Shown here: piece after piece, positions 38,840 through 49,807 of the stretch | Layout of the letters: each line of letters opens with the position of its first letter | Numbering within the stretch: the stretch's first letter is position 1 | Source: Candidatus Kapaibacterium sp. | Lineage (GTDB): Bacteria > Bacteroidota > Ignavibacteria > Kapaibacteriales > UBA2268 | DNA: 64,000 bases | Direction of reading: 5' to 3' | Assembly (NCBI GenBank): GCA_963664875.1 | Contig: OY761611.1 | Coordinates: forward strand, 1,998,111 to 2,062,110 | Notes under the pieces: generated by a model | What the model saw: the letters and a program-made list of their open reading frames with translations, nothing else | What the model was told of the DNA's origin: nothing | Database searches by the model: none | Made by a program: the position numbers and the translations under genes

Positions 38840-39469
38840 ATGCAACTTTTAGAAAGCCTAAATTGGCGTTATGCTACTAAAAAATTTGACTCTACAAAAA
38901 AAGTCAATGCTGAAGACTTAGATAAACTTTTAGAAGCAATCAGGCTATCAGCTTCTTCTTATGGATTGCAGCTATTTAAGGTATTCGTGGTTGAAGATAA
39001 AGAAACACGAGAAAAATTAAAAGCGGCAGCATGGAATCAGTCTCAAATTACCGATGCCTCTCAGGTACTCGTATTTTGTAGCCACAGTGATGTAACAGCA
39101 GAGGATATTGACAATTACATAATCAGAACCACAGAAACAAGAAATTTGGATGTAAATGCTTTGGCTCAATACGGCGAATTCATGAAAGGTACAATTTTAG
39201 GGCTGGACACCAATGTAAAACAGGCATGGACAGCTCGCCAAACATATATTGCTTTAGGTACTTTACTTGCGGCATGTGCAGAATTGAGAATAGATTCATG
39301 CCCTATGGAAGGATTTGACAATGCTCAGTTTGATGAAATACTCGGTTTGGAAGCGAAAGGTTTAAAATCTGCAGTTGTAGCAACTATCGGCTATCGCTCT
39401 GAAGAAGACCAATTACAATACGCAGCAAAAGTAAGAAAAAGCAAAGAAGATTTATTCGAAACTATATAA
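38840..39469 (+). CDS. NAD(P)H nitroreductase
   Basis: Nitroreductase signature (NWRYATKKFD, AASSYGLQ, SCPMEGFD). Confidence 0.8.
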   Translation: MQLLESLNWRYATKKFDSTKKVNAEDLDKLLEAIRLSASSYGLQLFKVFVVEDKETREKLKAAAWNQSQITDASQVLVFCSHSDVTAEDIDNYIIRTTETRNLDVNALAQYGEFMKGTILGLDTNVKQAWTARQTYIALGTLLAACAELRIDSCPMEGFDNAQFDEILGLEAKGLKSAVVATIGYRSEEDQLQYAAKVRKSKEDLFETI

Positions 39470-39556
39470 ATCCGAATATTTTGCTTATATTTTAACTCCA
39501 ATCTTTATGATTTCACAGAGATTGGAGTTTTTTTATATTATTAAGAGAAGGGAAAA

Positions 39557-39958
39557 ATGGAATATTTGGGCTCATGTCTTTGTAGAAAAGTCAAGTATAA
39601 AGTAACCGGTAATATTGATAATTTCTTTCTTTGCCACTGTGGTTATTGCCAAAAAGGGAGTGGCTCCGCACACTCAGCGAATGCCTTTTTAGGTGATGCC
39701 AAATTGGATTGGCTAAGCGGTGCAGAGCTTATTCAATCTTACAAAGTTCCTAATTCACCTCATCAGAGGAGTTTTTGCACAAATTGTGGCTCTCCCCTGC
39801 CTTATATACTTACAGAATGGAATCAGGTAGTTGTACCCGCCGGAAGTGTCGATACAAATATTGATAAAGAACCTAAGGGGCACATATTCATTTCCAAAAA
39901 AGCAAATTGGGATAGTAATTTGCATAATCTCGACCAATTCGACTCTTTACCGGAATAG
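39557..39958 (+). CDS. GFA-family (glutathione-dependent formaldehyde-activating / CENP-V-like) zinc protein
   Basis: Cysteine pattern CLC..C...CHCGYCQKGSGSAHS and a later C.NCG motif, both characteristic of the GFA domain. Confidence 0.7.
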   Translation: MEYLGSCLCRKVKYKVTGNIDNFFLCHCGYCQKGSGSAHSANAFLGDAKLDWLSGAELIQSYKVPNSPHQRSFCTNCGSPLPYILTEWNQVVVPAGSVDTNIDKEPKGHIFISKKANWDSNLHNLDQFDSLPE

Positions 39959-40004
39959 GAACGTGTTTAAGTACTTTTGTTTCAATTCAATTTGGGTTAG
40001 TCCT

Positions 40005-40517
40005 TTAGTTTGGTCGTACAGTGAATACTATGAAGAGAATCATTATGATCAATATGGCTGAAGTCATTATGCTATTTACTTTTGCATTAATTGCCATAGT
40101 GTTTCTAAGTGTTTCGCCTCTTCTTTTACCGAGTCTGTAATAGAAATAGTAATCATAAACAACAGAAAAGAAAAAGTAGAAGAAGGTAGTAAACACCCAA
40201 ATTATAATTTTGTCTAACACACTATCTTCTATAAACTCACTCCTAACCAATAGAAAGCTACTTAATACTCCGGCAGAGACAAAACTTAGTATGAAGGAAA
40301 ATGATTTGTACAAAGTAAATGACCAATACTCCTTATTTGATAAATCTTTCCAAAATATAGCAATAACTACCGAATTTATCATTGATAGAAAAATACCAAC
40401 GAAAAACAATATTAGTAACCAGAAAGTGAAGAAAGCAGGACCAAAAGAGTGAGCCCACATCACCTGGGGTAGAAGCAGTGCAAAGATTACAAGTAATATC
40501 TTAGATTTTAAGTTCAA
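40005..40517 (-). CDS. Hypothetical integral membrane protein with a TTG start
   Basis: 170 aa with 4-5 transmembrane helices. It is flanked by 24-bp direct repeats. Confidence 0.4.
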   Translation of the reverse strand: MNLKSKILLVIFALLLPQVMWAHSFGPAFFTFWLLILFFVGIFLSMINSVVIAIFWKDLSNKEYWSFTLYKSFSFILSFVSAGVLSSFLLVRSEFIEDSVLDKIIIWVFTTFFYFFFSVVYDYYFYYRLGKRRGETLRNTMAINAKVNSIMTSAILIIMILFIVFTVRPN

Positions 40518-40523
40518 TTCGGG

Positions 40524-40814
40524 TTAGTCCTTTAGTGCTTTTTTATTTCCGTACTTCTGATCTAAGTGCATAAAGAAATATCCTACTGCATTGCCGAGGG
40601 CAAATTTTAGAAGTAGAAAGAGCATATCTATGCCAAGGTAGGGTTTTACTTCATCTGTACCCAAGATTGCCCACATAAAAATCAGGTAGGCAGTTGCTAT
40701 CAGAGTTGTCTCTAAAATAAAAAACACCGCCTTTGGGAGCGGTGTCTTATCAGATTTTCTAAGAATCACGCCGTAGCTCCCTTCCGTATAAAAATGCCGT
40801 CGAATGTTTCCCAA
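40524..40814 (-). CDS. Hypothetical small membrane protein, possibly a frameshifted continuation of the upstream ORF
   Basis: 96 aa. It overlaps ORF 40766..41383 by 49 nt in a different frame. Confidence 0.3.
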   Translation of the reverse strand: MGNIRRHFYTEGSYGVILRKSDKTPLPKAVFFILETTLIATAYLIFMWAILGTDEVKPYLGIDMLFLLLKFALGNAVGYFFMHLDQKYGNKKALKD

Positions 40815-41383
40815 ATTTTTTCAAATACACCATACATAAACACCCAGCCAATCAGCGAGCATATTGTGTATCCGAAATATCCTTTAAAATATACAATTTT
40901 AGGGATTAGTCCCACAGGTGAAAACTGCAAAAGATAAATGTTCCAATCCGTGCCTAAGCTGATAAGGACAAACAGCAAAAATGCTGAGTAAAAACTGTAC
41001 TTATCGAACTTGGTAAGATTGAGGTTTTCCGCTTCTTCTCTGTATTCAAAGTTGGTAACTGCCCAATTTGAGATGCGCCTCATGCGGTAATAAAGTGCAT
41101 AAAGACAAAAAGACATAAACGCAACTGTTCCGGAGGTTGATGACACACCCGCAGAATTGCCCATTATCACACCTGAAGAAACATAGCCGGCACCAATGGC
41201 AAGCACAAAATACTGCATATTTCGCAGTATAAATCTGAGCTTTGCCTGATTCATGGCATTTTTCAACATGAACCACGCCGGAATATATACCGTCAGATAG
41301 TAGAAGGCAAGCAGAAAAAGAAATGTAAAGCCCAAAAAGCCTACATAATAGAAAACACTTTTAATGAGTAACAAAATGTCCAT
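40766..41383 (-). CDS. Hypothetical integral membrane protein
   Basis: 205 aa with multiple transmembrane helices. Confidence 0.4.
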   Translation of the reverse strand: MDILLLIKSVFYYVGFLGFTFLFLLAFYYLTVYIPAWFMLKNAMNQAKLRFILRNMQYFVLAIGAGYVSSGVIMGNSAGVSSTSGTVAFMSFCLYALYYRMRRISNWAVTNFEYREEAENLNLTKFDKYSFYSAFLLFVLISLGTDWNIYLLQFSPVGLIPKIVYFKGYFGYTICSLIGWVFMYGVFEKIWETFDGIFIRKGATA

Positions 41384-41462
41384 AAGTACCTGTCTTTATG
41401 AATATTAACCTAATTGGACAATTTAGAAATTTTATTCAAATTAAGGAAGTGTTTTTTTCTAT

Positions 41463-41831
41463 CTACTTCTTAAATATAAAATAAACTGCCAAAATCAAAA
41501 ATACAAACCCTACAAAATGATTCCATCGGAAGGTTTCATTCTTGAACAGAAGAAGAGAAAACACTGTAAAAACTGATAATGTGATCACTTCCTGCAAAAC
41601 TTTTAGTTCTATCAGGCTAAAACTACCACCATTTTCGATATAACCGAATTTATTTGCCGGCACTTGAAAGCAATATTCAAAAAATGCCACGCCCCAACTT
41701 ATCAGAATTACCATATATAGATTAAGATTTTCAAATCCCTTCCATTCTGCAAATTTCAAATGCCCATACCAGGCAAATGTCATAAATGTATTAGAAGCAA
41801 TAAGCAGTAAAATTGTCCAAATCGCGTTCAT
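41463..41831 (-). CDS. Small 4-TM DMT-superfamily membrane protein (DUF486-like)
   Basis: 122 aa, four hydrophobic helices, and similarity in size and composition to small EamA/SMR-like proteins. Confidence 0.4.
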   Translation of the reverse strand: MNAIWTILLLIASNTFMTFAWYGHLKFAEWKGFENLNLYMVILISWGVAFFEYCFQVPANKFGYIENGGSFSLIELKVLQEVITLSVFTVFSLLLFKNETFRWNHFVGFVFLILAVYFIFKK

Positions 41832-41867
41832 AGTTGCGTCCCTTTCCGGATTTAATAAAACTGTTTC

Positions 41868-42725
41868 TTACCCTTTCTGCGTTATAATCACACCGCTTAT
41901 AATCAGCAAACCACCGATCATGAAGATAAAAGATGGGGAATAAGCAAAAAATATCATTGTCAGAATTGTTGTAAATATTGGCTGGATATTGTTAAATACA
42001 GATACTTTTGAAGCATCTATTTTTGTTAGAGCGAGATACCAAAGTGCATAGCCAACTGCGGAGGTAACAGCACCAAGATAGAATATCTGAAGCCACTGAG
42101 TCCCGTTAATTTCTGTAAAAACAAACTCAGCAGGGTGTATCAAATATACAGGGATATAGCTCAAAAGCCCCATAATCATCGCCATACCTGTCATATAAAA
42201 TGCCCCGTACTTTCGAGATAAGGTTTTACCAAGTATTGTATAAATTGCCCAAGAGAAGCTGGCAGTTAGAGCCATAATATCTCCAAGAAAGGAGTCAGAG
42301 CTAAAGTCGAATCCCTTTTCTGCGAGAATCAAAACAGTGCCGGCGATTGCAACTCCAATCCCAAGTGTTCGCTTCCAGTTGATTGCTTCCCGAAGGAAAA
42401 CTGTTGCAATAATCAGAACAAAAGCAGGAGTTAGTGCGTATGCAAGAGCTACATTTGGTGGAGAGCTCAGCTTCACTCCTGTAAGGAATAGGAACTGGTT
42501 GATTGGAATATTGATAATTCCAAGAATTAGGAATTTCCACCAATCCTCTTTTTCAAGTGGTTTAAGTTTTTTCTTTTGAATTAGTATATATCCACCGTAA
42601 ATTCCGGCAGCGAGCATTGCTCTATATAGTAAAACGGTTGCCGGCGGCAACTCCATAGTAACAGACTTAGCAAGGACGTGAGTGCCCGAAGCTATAAGCT
42701 GTTGCAAAACAAGCAATAGATACAT
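41868..42725 (-). CDS. EamA-family (DMT) 10-TM transporter
   Basis: Tandem EamA domains (LLYRAMLAAGI..., ALAYALTPAFVLIIATVFLRE, GVAIAGTVLIL). The start is taken at the internal ATG (MYLLLVLQQ...). That ATG overlaps the upstream GT1 stop as TAATG, so the ORF-track start at 42794 is probably an over-extension. Confidence 0.7.
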   Translation of the reverse strand: MYLLLVLQQLIASGTHVLAKSVTMELPPATVLLYRAMLAAGIYGGYILIQKKKLKPLEKEDWWKFLILGIINIPINQFLFLTGVKLSSPPNVALAYALTPAFVLIIATVFLREAINWKRTLGIGVAIAGTVLILAEKGFDFSSDSFLGDIMALTASFSWAIYTILGKTLSRKYGAFYMTGMAMIMGLLSYIPVYLIHPAEFVFTEINGTQWLQIFYLGAVTSAVGYALWYLALTKIDASKVSVFNNIQPIFTTILTMIFFAYSPSFIFMIGGLLIISGVIITQKG

Positions 42726-43957
42726 TATTTGAAAATCTCCGAAATCGTGGTGTGCTGTGCTGCATAGTTGTATTTTAATGCAGCTTTTTTGCATTCGCTT
42801 TTATATTTAGCGGAATTATTCAGAAGCAGGCGACACTTTTCTGCGAACTGTTCATTGCTTGCGTTGATTGGAAGAAGCTCGCCAATAGAAAATTCTAATA
42901 ATATCCGGCGCATAGCAGGCAAATCAGATACGAGAGACGGCAGCTCAGCCATGGCATATTCAAAAAGTTTATTTGGAAGGGCAAGTTCGTAAGAAAAACT
43001 GATTGGCTCTATATAAACTATCCCAATATCAGCTGAGCAAGTCCATTTGTGTAAATCCTGATAATCAATTTTTCCGATAAAGACTACTCTGTCCTGAAGG
43101 TTTTTGGATTTAATTATCTGCTCGAATTCAGCTTTATAAGAGCCCTCACCTGCAATAGCAAGGTAAGTATTCTCCAAATAATCTAAAGAGTTTAGAGCAG
43201 GAAACAAACCTCTGCCTTTGAGAATCATCCCTTGGTAAAGAATAATTTTAGACTCTGCCGGAAGATTGAAGTTCTCCCGGATTATGTTAGTGTCTAACTT
43301 TTCTTTGGAATAGGGCAGGTTCATTACAAGTGAAAATGGTTTATCTGTGCGAAAATGTTTGATTAGATACTTTGCATCTAAATCACCTGAAACAACGAGA
43401 TGGTCAACAAATCGAACATAATACTTTTCGAGGAAAGTAATTACCATTTGTTTAAGTGGTTGTCCTGCAAGAGGGCCGAGAGCAGAATATATCTCTCGGG
43501 AATCATAGATAAGCTTAGCTTTAGATTTCTTCGCTACTAAAGAGGCAGCAGGAAGTACATATAAATCGGAAGCCCAGATATATTTCCCTTTAATATCTAA
43601 ACCGGAAATCTTCTTTTTAAACTCAGCAATTTGCTTATATACCCTTTGCGATTGCATTGCAACCGGCAGGAACTCAACTCCCTTAGGTAAGTCGGGCTGC
43701 GAGCTTGCGACAGCAACATACAATATGCTTTTTCCGATACTGCTAAGGTAATTGATTAGATTCAATGTCCTTGCATCAGTAACAGGATCAGTCATTGAGA
43801 TAAAAATTATATCGTAAGTTTTGCTTGCCATAAGTTCTTGATGTACAATGTTGTTAATCCTAACTCTACTGAAATAAACCCAAATCCCTACTACAAACTT
43901 GCGTTTGTGGCAAAAAGGAGCTAACTGTTTGTCTATTTTTTTCTTTATAAATATCAT
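42725..43957 (-). CDS. Glycosyltransferase family 1 (GT4-type, GT-B fold)
   Basis: C-terminal GT1 signature (ILYQGMILKGRGL, YLAIAGEGSYKAEFE, VVFIGKIDYQDLHKWTCSADIGIVY, NKLFEYAMAELP). The true start may be the internal Met (MASKTYDIIF) at ~43831. Confidence 0.75.
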   Translation of the reverse strand: MIFIKKKIDKQLAPFCHKRKFVVGIWVYFSRVRINNIVHQELMASKTYDIIFISMTDPVTDARTLNLINYLSSIGKSILYVAVASSQPDLPKGVEFLPVAMQSQRVYKQIAEFKKKISGLDIKGKYIWASDLYVLPAASLVAKKSKAKLIYDSREIYSALGPLAGQPLKQMVITFLEKYYVRFVDHLVVSGDLDAKYLIKHFRTDKPFSLVMNLPYSKEKLDTNIIRENFNLPAESKIILYQGMILKGRGLFPALNSLDYLENTYLAIAGEGSYKAEFEQIIKSKNLQDRVVFIGKIDYQDLHKWTCSADIGIVYIEPISFSYELALPNKLFEYAMAELPSLVSDLPAMRRILLEFSIGELLPINASNEQFAEKCRLLLNNSAKYKSECKKAALKYNYAAQHTTISEIFK

Positions 43958-44674
43958 TTAGTCGAAATAATATATATAATATCATAGTAAATAGTCCTTG
44001 CGTTGCCTATATATATTGCATCAGCACTCCATAATATAGAAATTTGTTTTCAGTAATTTCTTAATTGAATGTGCATCTTACGCTTAAACACTAGATGAGG
44101 AGAGGAAACAAAGCGTTCTTTTTTCTTTTTCTTTGGTTTCCGTTTCTTTTTCTTTTTTATCGCAAAAAAAAGAAAAAGAAATGGAAAAAGTAACACTAAT
44201 CTCTTATTTATATCACCTGTAAAGGAAAGTCTTGCCGCCCTTACAGGGCTCTGTTTACTCAATAGTTGCAACCGTCCCATGGCGCTGCCATGGGCTATTA
44301 TCTATCAGCCTTTCAGGCTGAAAATATATTCTTATTAACCTACATTATTCGACTACAACGTTTAACTAATAAACTCAATATGATTTAAAATAATAAAAAT
44401 TTTCTTCATATCGTTGTCTTTCATTGTAACAACTACTTTCTTGCAATTAGTTAGATGGAAAATGTAATTTGAAAACCCAATTGAGTTATTATCTTATTTC
44501 TTGGCAAGGGGTTATACTTTGCCTCGAATTTGCTCGGTTTATAATCTCAGCTCAGTTGCCTTTCCCCTTGTTCAATAATGCAACACGTCAGATTTGCTTA
44601 CAGAACAAATGGTATCCTTCTCAGACAATAAGTAAAGTAACGAGTAAGTTAGACTTCTAATGACAAATCCGGCT

Positions 44675-46147
44675 TTAAACTGCTTTATATATATAAGCTG
44701 ATTTGTTTTTATTATGTTTAGGATTCAATTTGTAAAAAACCCAATCCAACAAACTAGGGCTTATTTCGGTTTCTGTAGCTAATTGTATCCCAAAATCTAA
44801 TTCTACTTGTTTCACACGCTCTTCCAACTTATCGGCACCGTAAAAGATGTAATAATTTGGTTTTTCGTAAGCATTTGTAACTATGTCTGCTTTGATTTTA
44901 TCTGCTTTATTACCTTCAAAAAGTTCGAATACCGGCACTTGTTTGTTTAAGTAGAAAGTAGGTTGTTTTATGCCACCCATGTCACCTGTTTCGACAACAA
45001 CTCCTGCAACATCTGACTTCTGCGAAAGATAGTAAAGCGATTCTACTCTGGTCTTTTTACTATAAGTGAAAGTAAATGCTACAAGTATAATAGTGTTTGC
45101 AATCCAGAACCAGCCCCACATAGCAGACAAAGTTTTTCGTTTATTCGCCCAAAATGTTGATTTCGCAACAAATGCCTCCCAGCCAGTGATTCCAAGAATT
45201 ATAATAAACGGGATGGCAGGCAAAATAAATCTCTCCTGTTTGTTCGGAAAGTAAGAATGGAAGGCAAAAAACAAAAGTACAGGCAAATAAATAATGATAT
45301 TTTCTTTGTAGTTTTTCAGCCATCCGAAGATTAGAAATCCGCTAATTGGTGGTATCAGCAAGCCAAAAAGCAATAACAGATATTGATACCAAGGTCCGGA
45401 AGTATAGTCAGTTCCATGCCCTGCGTTGTACAAAAAGTACTCCAAAGGTGCAGCAAAAGGATAGCCCCAAGCAAGGTAATCTACAATGCCCTGAGTGAGC
45501 GAAACTGAGACAACAAAACCGGATGTAATTAGTAAGGCATTGCTAAATTGTTTCCTGAAAAGGAATACAAGCCCGACTCCACCCAACATTAGCATTGTGT
45601 GGTATCTGAAAATAAATGACAATCCAAACAGGACACCAGCCCAAAAAATATTTTTCCCTTTGTCGTGCTTTACTACAAGATACATAGCCCAAATCAATGG
45701 AGGGATAGTTACCATCTCTATTAGGTTTCTGACACTCATAAACGGGAATATCCCAAAAAGAGCCAAAACCAGCCCCACTTTCTTCGCTGTTTCTTTATTG
45801 CTGATGTGTAGAGCAATCAGATAACCAAAATACACTATCAGCAAGGAATAAAATGCATGAGCAATTCTGACTATATACATTTTTGTTTGAGGATCATCTA
45901 TACCAACAGAATTCAGCCCCAAAAAGAGATAATAATGCAAGGAAGGATAAATAATACTGTGCCCATGCGGCTCAGTCCTACTTTCCCAATATGAATAATC
46001 AGCAATAATATCATAGGGTTGCTGGATAGGCCCAAAATGATCATCGTGCATACCGTAACCCTTAGCAAAAAATGCTGCTAAAAGTCTTACAAGTAATGCA
46101 ATTATTAAGATTGTACGCAAAGGCTGAGTTTCAAAATATTTTTTCAT
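44675..46147 (-). CDS. Polytopic GT-C-fold membrane glycosyltransferase (GT22/Alg9-like or ArnT/PMT-like)
   Basis: 490 aa with ~11 transmembrane helices. The N-terminal loop motif GMHDDHFGPIQQ resembles the HxDE(H/Y)(F/W)Q motif of GT22 mannosyltransferases. Confidence 0.5.
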   Translation of the reverse strand: MKKYFETQPLRTILIIALLVRLLAAFFAKGYGMHDDHFGPIQQPYDIIADYSYWESRTEPHGHSIIYPSLHYYLFLGLNSVGIDDPQTKMYIVRIAHAFYSLLIVYFGYLIALHISNKETAKKVGLVLALFGIFPFMSVRNLIEMVTIPPLIWAMYLVVKHDKGKNIFWAGVLFGLSFIFRYHTMLMLGGVGLVFLFRKQFSNALLITSGFVVSVSLTQGIVDYLAWGYPFAAPLEYFLYNAGHGTDYTSGPWYQYLLLLFGLLIPPISGFLIFGWLKNYKENIIIYLPVLLFFAFHSYFPNKQERFILPAIPFIIILGITGWEAFVAKSTFWANKRKTLSAMWGWFWIANTIILVAFTFTYSKKTRVESLYYLSQKSDVAGVVVETGDMGGIKQPTFYLNKQVPVFELFEGNKADKIKADIVTNAYEKPNYYIFYGADKLEERVKQVELDFGIQLATETEISPSLLDWVFYKLNPKHNKNKSAYIYKAV

Positions 46148-46170
46148 TGTTTTTCTTTAAAATGGGAATC

Positions 46171-47253
46171 TTATCGTATTGTTTTGTTGACTCTGAAGTC
46201 TATAGCTTTTTCAAATTCAGGAACTTCAAAAACTGTTTCACCGGATTTGTTGATATAAGCTTTTAAGTTGTTTTCTTTAGCGGACACATAAGCTATCCCA
46301 TTGGCAAAATCAAGGGCATAATTATATACTGATGCAATTGCTACTTGGCCTTCATAATTGAGGTATCCGAGTTTTCCATCTTTCATAACCAAAGCCATAG
46401 AATCATTGTAGTCTGAAGCCCAATCATAGACGACTTCACATAAGCGCTCACCGGATTTATTGATATATGCATACTTAAATTTGTAATTGTGATCAGCAAA
46501 TCCGACTACAGCTCTGCCTTCTTTAAAAGGCTTTGCCAGATCAAATTGTTTTTCAATTACATAATTACCGGTAGTGTCAATAAATCCAACTTTATCATAG
46601 ACTAAAGCATGAGCGAGGCCTTCTGAAAACTCACCCGGTTCGTCAAATTTCATATCAATTACAATCTCACCGGCAGTGTTCATATACCCGCACTTCAGAG
46701 CTTTTGTAGTAATGCAGGCAAGTCCTTCGGAATAAGGATAGCCGACAAGAGAATCTAAGGTAAGTACTTTGTTACCACTTCTATCTAAATAAAATTTATT
46801 TTTTTCAAAATCCATGCAGTATGCTCTTCCCTCTTTGAAATCGGAAGCATAAATTAGATTTACAGGCACTACCACTTTGCCCGTGGTATCGATGAAACCA
46901 AACTGTTTCGATTTTTTATATTCGCCTACTATCTTAAGAATAACAGCTCTGCCTTCTTTAAAATCTTTTACAAGGTCAGCCTCCGGCACTATTGTAACTT
47001 TGCCGTCTCTATTAGCATAAGCCCATTGATTAGGGTATTTAGGATGTGTTTCATCAAATTTTAAGGTATAAAAACCCTCACTATAGGATGTAATTTTTTC
47101 GACATGAGGCAGTTCAAACAGCTTTTCACCATCATGATTTATCACATACCAAAGATTATCTTTTTTATATCCCATAAGAGGTTCATTTGCAAAATCCTCA
47201 GAAAAGAGGCTTACGGTAAGCAAGATAAACAATGCGGCTACAAAATATTTCAT
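46171..47253 (-). CDS. Secreted WG-repeat (KWG) protein
   Basis: Signal peptide and ~10 tandem ~30-aa repeats with the pattern G(F/Y)ID.tG..VI...Fd....F.EGRA.V. Confidence 0.6.
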   Translation of the reverse strand: MKYFVAALFILLTVSLFSEDFANEPLMGYKKDNLWYVINHDGEKLFELPHVEKITSYSEGFYTLKFDETHPKYPNQWAYANRDGKVTIVPEADLVKDFKEGRAVILKIVGEYKKSKQFGFIDTTGKVVVPVNLIYASDFKEGRAYCMDFEKNKFYLDRSGNKVLTLDSLVGYPYSEGLACITTKALKCGYMNTAGEIVIDMKFDEPGEFSEGLAHALVYDKVGFIDTTGNYVIEKQFDLAKPFKEGRAVVGFADHNYKFKYAYINKSGERLCEVVYDWASDYNDSMALVMKDGKLGYLNYEGQVAIASVYNYALDFANGIAYVSAKENNLKAYINKSGETVFEVPEFEKAIDFRVNKTIR

Positions 47254-47553
47254 AGGATTCCCAAAATATACACTTTACATAATAACTAATTTACTCAAAA
47301 ATCTACAGTATAGAAAATCTATCTGATAGACAAAGTTAATAGAGAAAAGTCTCAAGAATCGATAAAATATTAATTTGACAAGAGAAATGCTTAAATGAGG
47401 TAGTGTGCGATGCTATATCTCTCGAATCGCCAAACATCACTGGATTATTGAACCCATAGGAATATGAGCTAAAACTTGGAAATAATCAAAAGAGCTTATT
47501 ATAAAATGCTGCCATAATATTTAATATAATAGCAGCATTTATGGTCCTATATT

Positions 47554-47877
47554 TTACTCTTCTTCCGGGAGTTGATCTATAAAGTCATATATATTTTCGA
47601 AAAATATATCCCATGCTTTAGATTTGTCATTGTCTGCAGGTCCACAAAGAATACAATATGACCACCACATGGTATAATATTTTAATTGATACTTTTTGTT
47701 TATAAATTGTTGAAATAACAAATTGTAATTGTGGCTATTAGCAATAGACAATCCTCGAAACAACCCGTTTGTAAATACCTCCAAATAAGAATAATCTTTT
47801 TCCATTGGAAAAAATTGTGGCTGCACTTCTAGAATTTTAAGCATTTTAACTACATTGATTTTATCTGTATTTTTCAT
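47554..47877 (-). CDS. Hypothetical protein (107 aa)
   Basis: Intact ORF followed by a hairpin terminator (aaatgctgc...gcagcattt at ~47500..47540). No recognisable domain. Confidence 0.35.
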   Translation of the reverse strand: MKNTDKINVVKMLKILEVQPQFFPMEKDYSYLEVFTNGLFRGLSIANSHNYNLLFQQFINKKYQLKYYTMWWSYCILCGPADNDKSKAWDIFFENIYDFIDQLPEEE

Positions 47878-48291
47878 TATTATCTACTCGAATTTTAACC
47901 AATAAGAATTGTTAAATATTGTTTTGTGTTTTTCTAAACCCATGTCCATCAGATTTTGTTATTCTATCATACTTCTTTGCAGCTTTGTAATTGGGTTTGC
48001 CAAACATAACAGGCTTTTTGAAAGTTGAAAGAGTATGAGTTATATCCGGTAAACATTTCAAAGAGCTGGTCCGTTTTCTATAAAACCGTCCCATATTCGG
48101 AGCGTAATATCTTGCTCCAGCTGATAAAAATCAGATTTAGTAGCAAAACCTACATCTTTTGCTCAAATCGAATGAGCTACAATTTGTTTGCCAAAAAACA
48201 TCTTAAACGAATCTTTACATCTTCACAAAAATGTATGAAATCTCTTTACATTAATTTCATTTTAATATCTGCAGGAAATTCCGTATATTGA

Positions 48292-49788
<1,497 letters not shown>

Positions 49789-49807
49789 ATAATAGCAGCA
49801 AAAAACT

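Noticed and set aside
44050-44280. 76-aa K-rich ORF (minus strand)
   Set aside because: Translation artefact of the homopurine/homopyrimidine tract. It has no plausible start context, and its lysine runs come directly from the A-tracts.
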